Below are positions 36,577 through 46,636 of a DNA stretch of 64,000 bases, one piece after another (the first letter of the stretch is position 1; every line of letters starts with the position of its first letter). The DNA is from Actinomycetota bacterium. GTDB lineage: Bacteria > Margulisbacteria > Marinamargulisbacteria > GCA-2716485 > GCA-002719695. The stretch covers positions 8,713 through 72,712 of the forward strand of contig NZWE01000012.1 of assembly GCA_002697535.1 (NCBI GenBank), in the 5' to 3' direction. The position numbers and the translations under genes are program-made. The notes under the pieces are model-generated. The model saw nothing but the letters and a program-made list of their open reading frames with translations. It did no database searches and was not told where the DNA came from.

Positions 36577-39032
36577 TGACTATATCTATTGACGTCAGTC
36601 AACAGACTCCGATGATTCGGCAATACTTAGCTATTAAAGAAGCGCATCAAGATGCTATCTTATTTTTTCGTTTAGGTGATTTTTATGAAATGTTTTTTGA
36701 CGATGCTAAACAAGCTTCTCAGGAATTAGATTTAACCTTAACAGGACGTGGTAAAGATGAACGCCGTATTCCTATGTGCGGAGTCCCTTATCATGCTGCT
36801 GATGGTTATATTTCAAAATTAGTTGATAAAGGGTATAAGGTAGCTATTTGTGAACAAGTTGAGGAAGCTGATGATACTAAAGAAATTACTAAACGAGATG
36901 TAGTCAAAATTGTTACACCAGCCACTCATTTATCGGATACTCGTTTAGATAGTGAGGATAATATTTACCTGGCTTCACTTTATACTTCATCACCTAATAC
37001 AGATTATGGGTTTTCTTTTGTTGATTGTTCTACAGGGGAATTTAAATGCTGTTTATTTGATTCAAAGCAAGATTTATGTGACGCTTTACTTCGCTTAAAT
37101 CCAAAAGAATGCTTAGTTCCTCGTTCGCTTGATTTTGATTTTGATGCTCCTTTTTTGTTAACTCACTATGATCCGTTATCTATTAACCATGCCATTAGTA
37201 AATTTAACAACTTTTTTAGCATTCACCATCTTGAAAGTTTTGATTTATCAAATCATGAGTTAGCCATTCCTTCGGCTTGGTCTATTATTGATTATTTATC
37301 ACATACTCAAAAACATGCGTTAGCTCAATTAACCACCTGTTCTGTGTATCGATGGGATACAGCTATGGTTTTGGATGCTCAAAGTATTCGTAACCTAGAA
37401 CTGCTAAAACCCTTATTTAATGCTCAAAAAACAGGTTCCTTATTTTGGGTCATTAATAAAACAAAAACATCGCTTGGTGCTCGTGAACTAAAACACTGGC
37501 TTTTACATCCCTTAACCTCTATTAAGTCTATTGAGGATCGCTATGATGCTATTGATTATTTAAAAACTGATTTATTAACACGTGAAGAAATTCGTGAACA
37601 ATTACATCTTGTTTATGATTGTGAACGGTTATTATCTCGAATTGTTTCTCATACACATAATCCTAGGGATATGATTGCTCTTACCGAGTCTTTAACAGCC
37701 TGTATTGAACTTGCTTCTATTTTACAAGATGCTTCTGGTTCACTCTTACATGACTCTGCTTGCTTTTTTCAACAATTAACTCAGGAAAAGCACCCTATTC
37801 GTATCATGATTCAAACGATTCAAGCTGCGTTGCTTAATCCACCTCCCAATACTATTACAGCTGGTAATATAATTAAACCTGGCTATAACGAAGAACTGGA
37901 TGCACTCACACAATCTTTTAAAGATATCAAAGACTGGATTGGAGGATTAGAAGCAAAAGAACAAGAACGCACTGGAATTAAAACCTTACGTGTTGGATTT
38001 AATAAAGTATTTGGCTATTATTTTCAAGTTTCAAAAGGTCAAACGGATCATGTTCCGGATGATTATATCCGAAAACAAACTTTAACCAATGCTGAACGAT
38101 ATATTACTCCTGAACTTAAAGAAAAAGAAACTGTTCTGTTACATGGAGAAGAAAAACAAACTCAACTAGAGCAAACGATTTATCAAACTCTTGTTGACTG
38201 TATTACCAAGCAAACGCCTCTTATTCAAGAATGTGCCATGCATATTGCTCGACTGGATTGCTTACAATGCTTAGCTACGGTTGCACAACAACTTAATTAT
38301 ACCCGCCCCACGCTCTCTGATACGGATACCGATTTAAAACTTGTTCAATCACGTCACCCTGTCTTAGAAAAACAACATCCACACGATATCATATCTAATG
38401 ATATTACCTTTGATAACAAAACCCATATTTTACTTATTACAGGTCCTAATATGGCTGGTAAATCAACGCTGATGAAACAGGTGGCTTTAACGGTCATTTT
38501 AGCCCAGATGGGCTCTTTTGTTCCGGCAGAATCAGCTCATATTAGTTTAGTTGATCGCTGTTTTACCCGTATTGGTGCTTCTGATAATTTATCTCATGGC
38601 CAATCTACGTTTATGGTCGAGATGACTGAAACATCAACGATTTTACATAATGCAACGGCTAAAAGTTTAATTATTTTAGATGAAATTGGTCGAGGAACAT
38701 CTACCTATGATGGTATGAGTATTGCGGCAGCTGTTATCCATTATCTTCATAACCACATTCAAGCTCGTACATTATTTGCAACTCATTATCATGAACTCAC
38801 ATCTATTACAAAAGATTGTGATCATGTTAATAATGCGTCTATGGCCATTAATGATGATGAAGGTTCTCTGATTTTTACGTATCAGCTAGTAGCTGGACCA
38901 GCTGATAAAAGTTATGGAATTCATGTTGCTGAAATGGCAGGACTTCCAAAAGCGTTAATTGATCATGCACAATCCTTATTAGTGCGTTACGAAAACACAC
39001 CACCATCAGCTGATCAACTATCATTATTTTAA
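36576..39032 (+). CDS. mutS: DNA mismatch repair protein MutS
   Basis: N-terminal TPMIRQY...FFRLGDFYE mismatch-binding motif, Walker A GPNMAGKST, and DEIGRGTSTYDG. 818 aa. Confidence 0.92.
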   Translation: MTISIDVSQQTPMIRQYLAIKEAHQDAILFFRLGDFYEMFFDDAKQASQELDLTLTGRGKDERRIPMCGVPYHAADGYISKLVDKGYKVAICEQVEEADDTKEITKRDVVKIVTPATHLSDTRLDSEDNIYLASLYTSSPNTDYGFSFVDCSTGEFKCCLFDSKQDLCDALLRLNPKECLVPRSLDFDFDAPFLLTHYDPLSINHAISKFNNFFSIHHLESFDLSNHELAIPSAWSIIDYLSHTQKHALAQLTTCSVYRWDTAMVLDAQSIRNLELLKPLFNAQKTGSLFWVINKTKTSLGARELKHWLLHPLTSIKSIEDRYDAIDYLKTDLLTREEIREQLHLVYDCERLLSRIVSHTHNPRDMIALTESLTACIELASILQDASGSLLHDSACFFQQLTQEKHPIRIMIQTIQAALLNPPPNTITAGNIIKPGYNEELDALTQSFKDIKDWIGGLEAKEQERTGIKTLRVGFNKVFGYYFQVSKGQTDHVPDDYIRKQTLTNAERYITPELKEKETVLLHGEEKQTQLEQTIYQTLVDCITKQTPLIQECAMHIARLDCLQCLATVAQQLNYTRPTLSDTDTDLKLVQSRHPVLEKQHPHDIISNDITFDNKTHILLITGPNMAGKSTLMKQVALTVILAQMGSFVPAESAHISLVDRCFTRIGASDNLSHGQSTFMVEMTETSTILHNATAKSLIILDEIGRGTSTYDGMSIAAAVIHYLHNHIQARTLFATHYHELTSITKDCDHVNNASMAINDDEGSLIFTYQLVAGPADKSYGIHVAEMAGLPKALIDHAQSLLVRYENTPPSADQLSLF

Positions 39033-39051
39033 CGCTTTGAAGAGTGTTATA

Positions 39052-39600
39052 TCAGGCGTTATATAGCATGGCTTCTTTTAACTCATTTACCTTAGTAATT
39101 GAATTTAGATTTTCTAGAATAGCAAATGCAAATTGATGTGCTGTAGCGGGCCCTCGACTTGTAATGAGATTATCATCTACTACAACAGCTTCTTCAGAAT
39201 AGTTGCAAGATGTCATCGCTTCTTTAAAAGCAGGATATGACGTAGCTCTTTTTCCGGCAATAACGCCTATCTTATCTAGCACTCTTGGTGCAGCACAAAT
39301 AGCGGCGATTAATTTACCTTGGACATGATGATTTTTAATAACGGTTTCTACTTCCCTACTATTTTCTAAATGTGTTGTCCCTGGTTCTCCGCCTGGTAAT
39401 ATAACAGTATCAAATATTTCATCATGATTATCAGCCAATGTTTCGGTAACAGAAATAATTGTGTTATGAGCGGATGTAATCGACAAACTCTCTAACCCCG
39501 CTACCGTTACATCGATATCACCTCGACGTAAAATATCAATAATGGTCATGGCTTCAATATCTTCAAACCCATTGGCTAATATTACTAAAGCTGTTGGCAT
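39052..39600 (-). CDS. DJ-1/PfpI/ThiJ-family protein
   Basis: 182-aa ORF with the nucleophile-elbow motif LIAAICAAP. Confidence 0.85.
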   Translation of the reverse strand: MPTALVILANGFEDIEAMTIIDILRRGDIDVTVAGLESLSITSAHNTIISVTETLADNHDEIFDTVILPGGEPGTTHLENSREVETVIKNHHVQGKLIAAICAAPRVLDKIGVIAGKRATSYPAFKEAMTSCNYSEEAVVVDDNLITSRGPATAHQFAFAILENLNSITKVNELKEAMLYNA

Positions 39601-39832
39601 AATTAAGTCCTTTTTTATGTTTTATATAGCTTATTTTATATCATACAAAGTTTGGTTCTCAAGCCAAATTTTCTCTTTTTATTTCACTATTTATAGCTTT
39701 ACTATTCGTTTCTTTTTTATACCTAGTTTAGCTCAAGCTGTCTTTATTTATTAGCCATTCAAAATTACATATAGATTTTCCCAACACTTTCATATAATAT
39801 AGAAGTATCTCAGCATAAAAGGAGCATGTAAT

Positions 39833-40024
39833 ATGGCTATAGAATTTTATAATGTTAAAAAGAAACAAAAAGTTTCGATTGACGAATCAAAAGTAAAAAA
39901 AACTAAGTACGAGAGAAATGGAACTACTCGATATGCATTCAGATCTCAAGATGATGATGGAACAAATTTAACAAAATTCTGTTCTAAAGCTGATTATGAT
40001 GCAACTAACGTAGAAGTTGTATAA
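39833..40024 (+). CDS. small basic protein of unknown function (63 aa)
   Basis: AAGGAG SD 8 nt upstream and a canonical intrinsic terminator 27 nt downstream, so it looks like a self-contained transcription unit. K-rich, apparently beta-rich sequence. Confidence 0.65.
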   Translation: MAIEFYNVKKKQKVSIDESKVKKTKYERNGTTRYAFRSQDDDGTNLTKFCSKADYDATNVEVV

Positions 40025-40050
40025 GCATATTAGTTTAATTTAAAATTATT

Positions 40051-40088
40051 AAAGGACTAACATTTATTATGTTAGTCCTTTTTTTTTT
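40051..40088 (+). terminator. rho-independent terminator
   Basis: AAAGGACTAAC-atttattat-GTTAGTCCTTT stem-loop followed by a T-run. Confidence 0.8.
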
Positions 40089-40125
40089 GTAGACTGTCTA
40101 TTTTTAATGGATTAAGCTAATAGAT

Positions 40126-41190
40126 ATGCGTACGTTATTTTTATATCTTATTTTTTTTCTTATAGCTTCGACCGTCGTTCAGGCTAACCCTAAGACGTTT
40201 TATCTGAAAAATGGGGATACCATTACGGGGGATGTTTTATCTTATGATCGATCAACGGGTGTCTACAAAGTTCAAGCTAGCTTTGGTGTTATTGATATAA
40301 AAGACAGCGATATTGCAAAACAAAATCTTCGTGTTACGTTAAAAACAGGTGATATCCTTACAGGAATATTCATAGAACGTAATGATACAAATTATAATAT
40401 TCAAACATCTTTTGGAGATATTTCTCTTCTTATTTCGGATATTGATCGTGTTGATATCATTGAAGAAACCAAAAAATTACCTACAAAAGCTAGTGCATGG
40501 GTTTTTAGTAATGAAGAGATAATGGATTTATATTCAGATCCTACTGGATTTACCATGAAAAAAAACACTCTATATATCAGTGGTTTATCATGGGGTTATA
40601 GTCCTACGGATACATTTCAACTTACTACCCGTTATTGGGATGCTATATCATCTGGAGATTTAAATTTACGTTCTAAATGGATGATTTTTAAAGGGGGATC
40701 TTTAGATCATAGAAAAGCATTTTCTATTGGATCTCATATTCATATGGGAGGTTATCCTTCCAATAAACTTGTCTATCAAAAGGTTGATAATGATGATGAT
40801 GAAGAATCGTATTATCGCTGGGAATCTATTGGTGAATCTGATGATGTAGAGGCTTCTTTATGGGGCTCTCTTTTTGCAGCTTATACACAGTCTTCTCTTA
40901 ACAAAGGTAAAATAGGTCGTTTGGCTAAAACAATTGGTTCTGAAATCACTTTTTATCGAAACTACCCTATTATGATACGAAGCTATGCAGGAATATCTTA
41001 TGATCTACGAAAAGATTTAAAATTATTGTCTATCATATCCTATGATCCTTACTGGGGATCTATCCAATCTGATCAAGATATTACCCTTCCGATTCACCTT
41101 GATTTAGGATTTATTTATGCTTATAACGAACACTTACGTGTTGGCATTCACTTTCAACGTTATTTCTTTACTATTTACTATAAATTTTAG
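40126..41190 (+). CDS. outer-membrane beta-barrel protein with duplicated N-terminal module (DUF481/YdiY-like?)
   Basis: Signal peptide ...STVVQA/NP. Two ~38-aa repeats (LKNGDTITGDVL...IDIKDSDI and LKTGDILTGIFI...LLISDIDRV). Alternating-hydrophobic C-terminal half ending in YYKF. Confidence 0.6.
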   Translation: MRTLFLYLIFFLIASTVVQANPKTFYLKNGDTITGDVLSYDRSTGVYKVQASFGVIDIKDSDIAKQNLRVTLKTGDILTGIFIERNDTNYNIQTSFGDISLLISDIDRVDIIEETKKLPTKASAWVFSNEEIMDLYSDPTGFTMKKNTLYISGLSWGYSPTDTFQLTTRYWDAISSGDLNLRSKWMIFKGGSLDHRKAFSIGSHIHMGGYPSNKLVYQKVDNDDDEESYYRWESIGESDDVEASLWGSLFAAYTQSSLNKGKIGRLAKTIGSEITFYRNYPIMIRSYAGISYDLRKDLKLLSIISYDPYWGSIQSDQDITLPIHLDLGFIYAYNEHLRVGIHFQRYFFTIYYKF

Positions 41191-41306
41191 TTTTTTATAG
41201 TCTTATTTTTTTTTATTTTAAATATCTTTTTATATTTTGTTTCCTATATTATAATTTTTTAAATTACAATACGTTAGTTTGTATTATTTATATTAAAGGA
41301 TTTATT

Positions 41307-41570
41307 ATGGCTTATTTATCTTGTTCTAAACTTTTGTCACATTGTGCCCCATGTTTTTTTAAAAACAAAAACTCTTCTACCAACAGATCCCTTTCAGAGC
41401 CGTTCATAGACAGTGACCCATTAAAAAGAAATTCCAAGATATCTTCTGATCTTAATAAGACACCCAATCGATTCCCCTACCGTAGTTTGTTGAGTTTCCA
41501 TGCTCCACGAAAATCCCCTTCAAAATCTGACTCTCGATCATCTCTAGCATCTATTGAAGAAGAAACTTAA
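41307..41570 (+). CDS. orphan Ser-rich protein (87 aa)
   Basis: AAAGGA SD. Cys-rich N-terminus MAYLSCSKLLSHCAPC followed by S/P/K/R-rich disordered sequence. Confidence 0.5.
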   Translation: MAYLSCSKLLSHCAPCFFKNKNSSTNRSLSEPFIDSDPLKRNSKISSDLNKTPNRFPYRSLLSFHAPRKSPSKSDSRSSLASIEEET

Positions 41571-41626
41571 TAGTTTTTAATTTTCTTATAATTGATACCC
41601 CTTTTTGTTTATAGTAGACTTTTTCC

Positions 41627-42049
41627 ATGCAAACATCTCTTGCTTTTCATGCAGCATACCCCGTTTTAGAATTAGAAAAAACCATAGCGTTTTATACCGA
41701 TGTTTTAGGTTGCAATAAGGGTAGATCTGATACATCTTGGGTCGATTTTAATTTATTTGGGCATCAAATTGTGTTTCATAAAGTTGAAGGGTTTGAACAA
41801 CGACATTATTTTAACCCTGTTGATAAACATAATGTTCCGGTACCTCATTTTGGAGTTGTTTTGGATTGGCAGGATTGGCAACCCTTTGTAGATCGATTAA
41901 ACCACCATAATATCTCATTTGAAATAGAGCCACATATCCGTTTTCAGGGACAAGTTGGTGAGCAAGCTACTATGTTTTTTTATGATCCAAATCACTATGC
42001 CTTAGAATTTAAATCATTTCGATCATCAGACATGCTTTTTGCAACCTAA
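41627..42049 (+). CDS. glyoxalase/bleomycin-resistance/dioxygenase (VOC) family protein
   Basis: 140-aa ORF with paired beta-alpha-beta-beta-beta pattern and conserved H/E positions (FHAAYPV..., HFGVVL, ALEFK). Confidence 0.65.
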   Translation: MQTSLAFHAAYPVLELEKTIAFYTDVLGCNKGRSDTSWVDFNLFGHQIVFHKVEGFEQRHYFNPVDKHNVPVPHFGVVLDWQDWQPFVDRLNHHNISFEIEPHIRFQGQVGEQATMFFYDPNHYALEFKSFRSSDMLFAT

Positions 42050-42323
42050 TTAATCATATATAACGTAACCCAAAGAACAACCAAAATGTATTTCTGTTTA
42101 GAAGGTTATCTTTTTGATATCATCATTGATACTCGCCCAGCTTCATAATCTCAATATTAGGTGACCTGAGATGCCCTCTGAAAAAGACCAATAAGGTCTT
42201 TCCTTAGATGAATTTCAGCATTCTTAATTTTCCCATAACTATTTTTACTGTGTTAAAATTAGATTTTAAAGGGGAGTTAACTATGGTAAACTCTCTCTCA
42301 TTAACGTTTTGAGGTGGCCTATT

Positions 42324-44135
42324 GTGACTATTGAATTAAATAACCGACGATACTGTTCTGATTTATCCCTAGATCTAACCAATCAAGATGTCGTACTGGC
42401 TGGATGGATTGATACGATTCGTGATCATGGACAGCTGCTGTTTATGCATTTGCGTGATCGTAGCGGTGTTGTTCAAATTGTCTTTAATCCAGAAGAAAAT
42501 AAAGACCTTCATAGTCAGGCTGAACAATTGCGTAGTGAATACTGCGTTGCCCTTAAAGGCACGGTTATCGAACGTGATGATGAAGCTAAAAACCCTCATG
42601 TTCCAACAGGTATGCTTGAAGTTCATGTATCTAACTTAATACTTTATAATAAAGCAAAAACGCCACCTTTTTTAATCAGTGAAAAAAGTGTTACGGATGA
42701 AGATAGCCCTGATTTTAACGTAGATGAAGATTTACGACTCAATTACCGCTACCTTGATCTTAGACGACATAGTATGCAACAAAATATGATAACTCGCCAT
42801 AAGATTATGCGCTCTATCAGAGAATATTTAGATGAGAAGGGATTTATTGATGTTGAAACTCCTATTTTAACAAAATCAACTCCAGAAGGAGCACGAGATT
42901 ATCTCGTTCCCTCTCGACATCATGATAACTGCTTTTATGCCCTTCCCCAATCCCCCCAAATGTTTAAACAACTGTTAATGGTTAGTGGGCTTGATAAATA
43001 TTATCAAATTGTTAAATGTTTTCGTGACGAGGATTTACGCCCTAATCGCCAACCTGAATTTACTCAATTAGATCTTGAAGCCTCGTTTATCGATGAGCCC
43101 TACATATACTCTTTACTAGAACCTTTAGTAGAACGTGTTTTTAGTATTGTTGGTAAGTCTTTACAAGGCCCGTTTCCTCATATTACCTATGAAGAGGCGA
43201 TGAATTCTTATGGAAATGATCATCCCGATTTACGGTTTGATATGAAAATGGTTGACGTTACCGATCTTTTAACAGACGTAAATTATAAGATTTTTAATAG
43301 TATTGCTAATAATAATGGATCGATTAAAGGTATTAAAGTACCTAATAAAGCAGCTGATATGAGCAAAAATATGCTTCAAGAAGAATTAGCCAAAAAAGTA
43401 GTGCCACAATTTGGTGGTAAAGGTATGAGTTGGATGAAAGTTATTGATGGCAAACTTGAATCTAATATTGTTCAATTTTTTTCAGATCAAGAACAGACTG
43501 CTCTTATTAAAGCTTTAGATGCTAACGATAATGATGTCTTATTATTTGTTGCGGATACTAACAAAGCATTGGTTAATGATGTTCTGGGTAGATTACGATT
43601 ATATGTTGGTCAAAAATGGGGTTTTATTGATCCATCAAAAATTGCTGCTTGCTGGGTTACTGACTTTCCAATGTTTGAATTAAAAGATAATCGACTTAAT
43701 TCGATGCACCATCCATTTACCCAACCTGACGATTCTTTCCTATCAGCCCAAACCACTGAAGACTTTTTAGCGATTAAATCACGTGCTTATGATTTGGTAA
43801 TTAACGGAGAGGAAATTGGAGGAGGGAGTATACGTATCCATGATGCTGAAACACAGGCTAAAATCTTTCAGACTTTAGGCTTAACTGATGATGATATTAA
43901 ACAAAAATTTGGCTTTTTTGTAGATGCATTAACCTATGGTACACCGCCGCATGGTGGCTTAGCTTTAGGTATGGATCGTTTAGTATCTATGGTCTTAGAT
44001 ACGGACTCTATTCGAGAAGTTATTGCTTTTCCAAAAAACCGAGTAGCATTCTGCCCACTAACCCAAGCGCCAGCTAATGTTGGAAACCAACAATTAGATG
44101 AGCTAAAGTTATCGTGTATTGTAGAAGAAGCTTAA
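42324..44135 (+). CDS. aspS: aspartate--tRNA ligase
   Basis: Class IIb motifs (FRDEDLRPNRQPEFTQLD, GGGSIRIH, GLALGMDRL). GTG at 42324 follows GAGGTGG. The track start at 42309 lies on the SD itself. Confidence 0.9.
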   Translation: MTIELNNRRYCSDLSLDLTNQDVVLAGWIDTIRDHGQLLFMHLRDRSGVVQIVFNPEENKDLHSQAEQLRSEYCVALKGTVIERDDEAKNPHVPTGMLEVHVSNLILYNKAKTPPFLISEKSVTDEDSPDFNVDEDLRLNYRYLDLRRHSMQQNMITRHKIMRSIREYLDEKGFIDVETPILTKSTPEGARDYLVPSRHHDNCFYALPQSPQMFKQLLMVSGLDKYYQIVKCFRDEDLRPNRQPEFTQLDLEASFIDEPYIYSLLEPLVERVFSIVGKSLQGPFPHITYEEAMNSYGNDHPDLRFDMKMVDVTDLLTDVNYKIFNSIANNNGSIKGIKVPNKAADMSKNMLQEELAKKVVPQFGGKGMSWMKVIDGKLESNIVQFFSDQEQTALIKALDANDNDVLLFVADTNKALVNDVLGRLRLYVGQKWGFIDPSKIAACWVTDFPMFELKDNRLNSMHHPFTQPDDSFLSAQTTEDFLAIKSRAYDLVINGEEIGGGSIRIHDAETQAKIFQTLGLTDDDIKQKFGFFVDALTYGTPPHGGLALGMDRLVSMVLDTDSIREVIAFPKNRVAFCPLTQAPANVGNQQLDELKLSCIVEEA

Positions 44136-44263
44136 CTATTCGCCGTATTATAACGAGTATTCTGTTATATCAAAATATTGATATAACACTTCCAAAACGT
44201 TTGTAGCATACTCATCTCATTTCTGAATGTTTACTTTCAAAATCATAGCGGTATAGTAATCTT

Positions 44264-45154
44264 ATGTTTCTGATACTTTATATGTTTGTTAGCACACTTT
44301 CTAAACGTGTGTATGATGATTTTTCAAACCAATTTTCTGATTTTTATAAAAGCCAATTAATATCTATTCAATCGTCACCTCCATCAGATGATACCTTGAA
44401 ACGTCCTGTCATTATTACAGCTCATGGCTTTGGAGCATCTCCCTTTGAATGGCATGATTTTTCAGATTATATCGCCTCTAACACCAATGCACTTGTTTCT
44501 AATGTTTACTTAGGTTCTCACGATAGTTTAACTCAGTTTGCTAATTCGTCTTGGGAAGATTGGCTGCAACCGATCTGTCATGAGTATCATCGATTAGTTA
44601 ATCTTGGTTTTGAAACTATCTATTTATGTGGCTGCTCTACAGGATCCACCTTAATTATCCAAGGATTACTTAATAAATGTTTTCGACCTAGCTTACCTCT
44701 TAAACATATTTTTTTAATTGATTCATTAGTTGAACCCAAAGAAAAAATGCTATATTGGCTCCCTTGGATTAAACCCTTTATGTATGACCAATCATTAACA
44801 CTAAATGAAAAAGAAATACCTCACTGGCTTCCTTACCGCCCTAAAAAATCATTAATTCAATTATTAAAACTTATCAAAAAAACCAAATCTGATCTCCAAC
44901 AAGGGATTGATTTTCCTGATCATATCCATATCTCGTTATTCCAATCTCAAGACGATCCGGTGATTGATCCTATTTCTCACTCTAAACTCCACAGAGGTTT
45001 ATCTAAATGTATAACGCGCCCTATTAATAGCATTACTCTTAATTCAGAACTGCATGTTTTTTCTCGATTATCTCATCGACCTAACGTTAACCCTAGTGAT
45101 ATCGAAAACCAATCTATATTTTTTAACTATGTCAAAGATTCAATAATCTCTTAA
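44264..45154 (+). CDS. alpha/beta-hydrolase (carboxylesterase-like)
   Basis: HGFGASP oxyanion region, nucleophile elbow GCSTGS, and candidate acid and His residues (QDDPVID, ELHVF). Confidence 0.6.
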   Translation: MFLILYMFVSTLSKRVYDDFSNQFSDFYKSQLISIQSSPPSDDTLKRPVIITAHGFGASPFEWHDFSDYIASNTNALVSNVYLGSHDSLTQFANSSWEDWLQPICHEYHRLVNLGFETIYLCGCSTGSTLIIQGLLNKCFRPSLPLKHIFLIDSLVEPKEKMLYWLPWIKPFMYDQSLTLNEKEIPHWLPYRPKKSLIQLLKLIKKTKSDLQQGIDFPDHIHISLFQSQDDPVIDPISHSKLHRGLSKCITRPINSITLNSELHVFSRLSHRPNVNPSDIENQSIFFNYVKDSIIS

Positions 45155-45204
45155 AACTAAAATATGTTCAGTTTTTCTTAAATCATGTAAACTATCCGTA
45201 ATAG

Positions 45205-46602
45205 ATGGGACTTAAAGAAGAATGTGGCGTTTTTGGTATATTTGATATTGATGAAGCAGCTGTCTTAACGACTTTAGGGCTTCATTCATTGCAGCATCGT
45301 GGTCAGGAAGGCGCGGGTATTGTTAGTTATGATGGCACATCATTTCATGCTGTCAAAAAAGAAGGTTTAGTTGGCGATAACTTTAATAGTGCTGAAACGC
45401 TTGATAAGTTACCAGGTAGGCGTGCTGTTGGACATGTTCGTTATTCTACAACGGGTGATACAAAAATTACTAATGTACAACCTTTATTCGCCAATTTGTC
45501 TGCTGGTGGCTTTGCTTGTGCTCATAATGGGAATCTTACCAATACGCATAAACTTACAAAGCAATTAGTCCAAACAGGCTCTATCTTTCAAACTACATCT
45601 GATACAGAAATTATCTTACAACTTGTTGCTCGATCTAGAAAACGAAAAACTATCGATAAAATTAAAGACGCTTTATCGCATATTCAAGGTGCCTATTCAT
45701 TAATTATTATGACAAATAAAAAACTAATTGGTATTAAAGATCCTTTTGGAATTAGACCGCTTGTGCTTGGAAAAAAGAATAAAGCCTATGTATTAGCCTC
45801 AGAAACCTGTGCTTTAGATATTATTGGTGCAAAATATATTAGAGATGTAGAAAATGGAGAAATGGTTATTATCACTGAATCGGGTTTAGAGAGTATTAAA
45901 ATTTTTCCAAATAGCCCTGAAAGACCCTGTATTTTTGAACGTATTTATTTTTCTCGACCCGATAGTATCATAGACGGAAATAGTGTTTATACCTATCGAA
46001 AAAATCTAGGCGAACAACTAGCTATAGAAAATAACATTGATGCTGATGTCGTGGTTCCTGTTCCAGATTCTGGGGCACCGGCTGCTATCGGTTATTCTCA
46101 AAAATCAGGTATTCCATTTGAGTTAGGTATTATTCGAAACCACTATGTGGGCCGTACTTTTATTGAACCCTCTCAATCTATCCGACAATTTGGCGTAAAA
46201 TTAAAACATAGTGTTAATAAATCTAGTATTAAAAACAAACGTGTTATTTTAATTGATGATTCTATTGTTAGAGGTACGACCGCTAATAAAGTTGTTAAAA
46301 TGGTCTTTGATGCAGGTGCTAAAGAAGTTCATTTTGGTATCTCATCACCCCCTATTCTTCATCCTGATTTTTATGGTATTGATACCCCTCAATATAGTGA
46401 ATTAATTGCAGCTAATCATAATATTGAGGAAATAACTAAGATTATTGGTGCTACGTCTGTGTTTTTTTTAAGTTTAGAAGGCACTTACAAAGCTATGGGC
46501 CATGAAACACGAAATCCGAAAAACCCTCAATTTACAGACCATTGCTTTACGGGTGATTACCCTATTGATGTTCGTGATATCTTAAAACACGGTAATTCTT
46601 AA
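45205..46602 (+). CDS. purF: amidophosphoribosyltransferase
   Basis: N-terminal nucleophile ...EECGVFGI, PRPP loop LIDDSIVRGTT, and C-terminal Cys ligands (CFTGDYP). Confidence 0.92.
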   Translation: MGLKEECGVFGIFDIDEAAVLTTLGLHSLQHRGQEGAGIVSYDGTSFHAVKKEGLVGDNFNSAETLDKLPGRRAVGHVRYSTTGDTKITNVQPLFANLSAGGFACAHNGNLTNTHKLTKQLVQTGSIFQTTSDTEIILQLVARSRKRKTIDKIKDALSHIQGAYSLIIMTNKKLIGIKDPFGIRPLVLGKKNKAYVLASETCALDIIGAKYIRDVENGEMVIITESGLESIKIFPNSPERPCIFERIYFSRPDSIIDGNSVYTYRKNLGEQLAIENNIDADVVVPVPDSGAPAAIGYSQKSGIPFELGIIRNHYVGRTFIEPSQSIRQFGVKLKHSVNKSSIKNKRVILIDDSIVRGTTANKVVKMVFDAGAKEVHFGISSPPILHPDFYGIDTPQYSELIAANHNIEEITKIIGATSVFFLSLEGTYKAMGHETRNPKNPQFTDHCFTGDYPIDVRDILKHGNS

Positions 46603-46636
46603 TTATTAAGATAGCAGATCTACTTAAACCATTATT

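Noticed and set aside
42050-42323. A T-box riboswitch or tRNA gene in the long aspS leader.
   Set aside because: There is no T-box consensus (AATTAGGGTGGTACCGCG-like) beyond a GGTGG that is better explained as the SD. There is no specifier-loop or antiterminator architecture and no tRNA T-loop (GGTTCGAAT) sequence.
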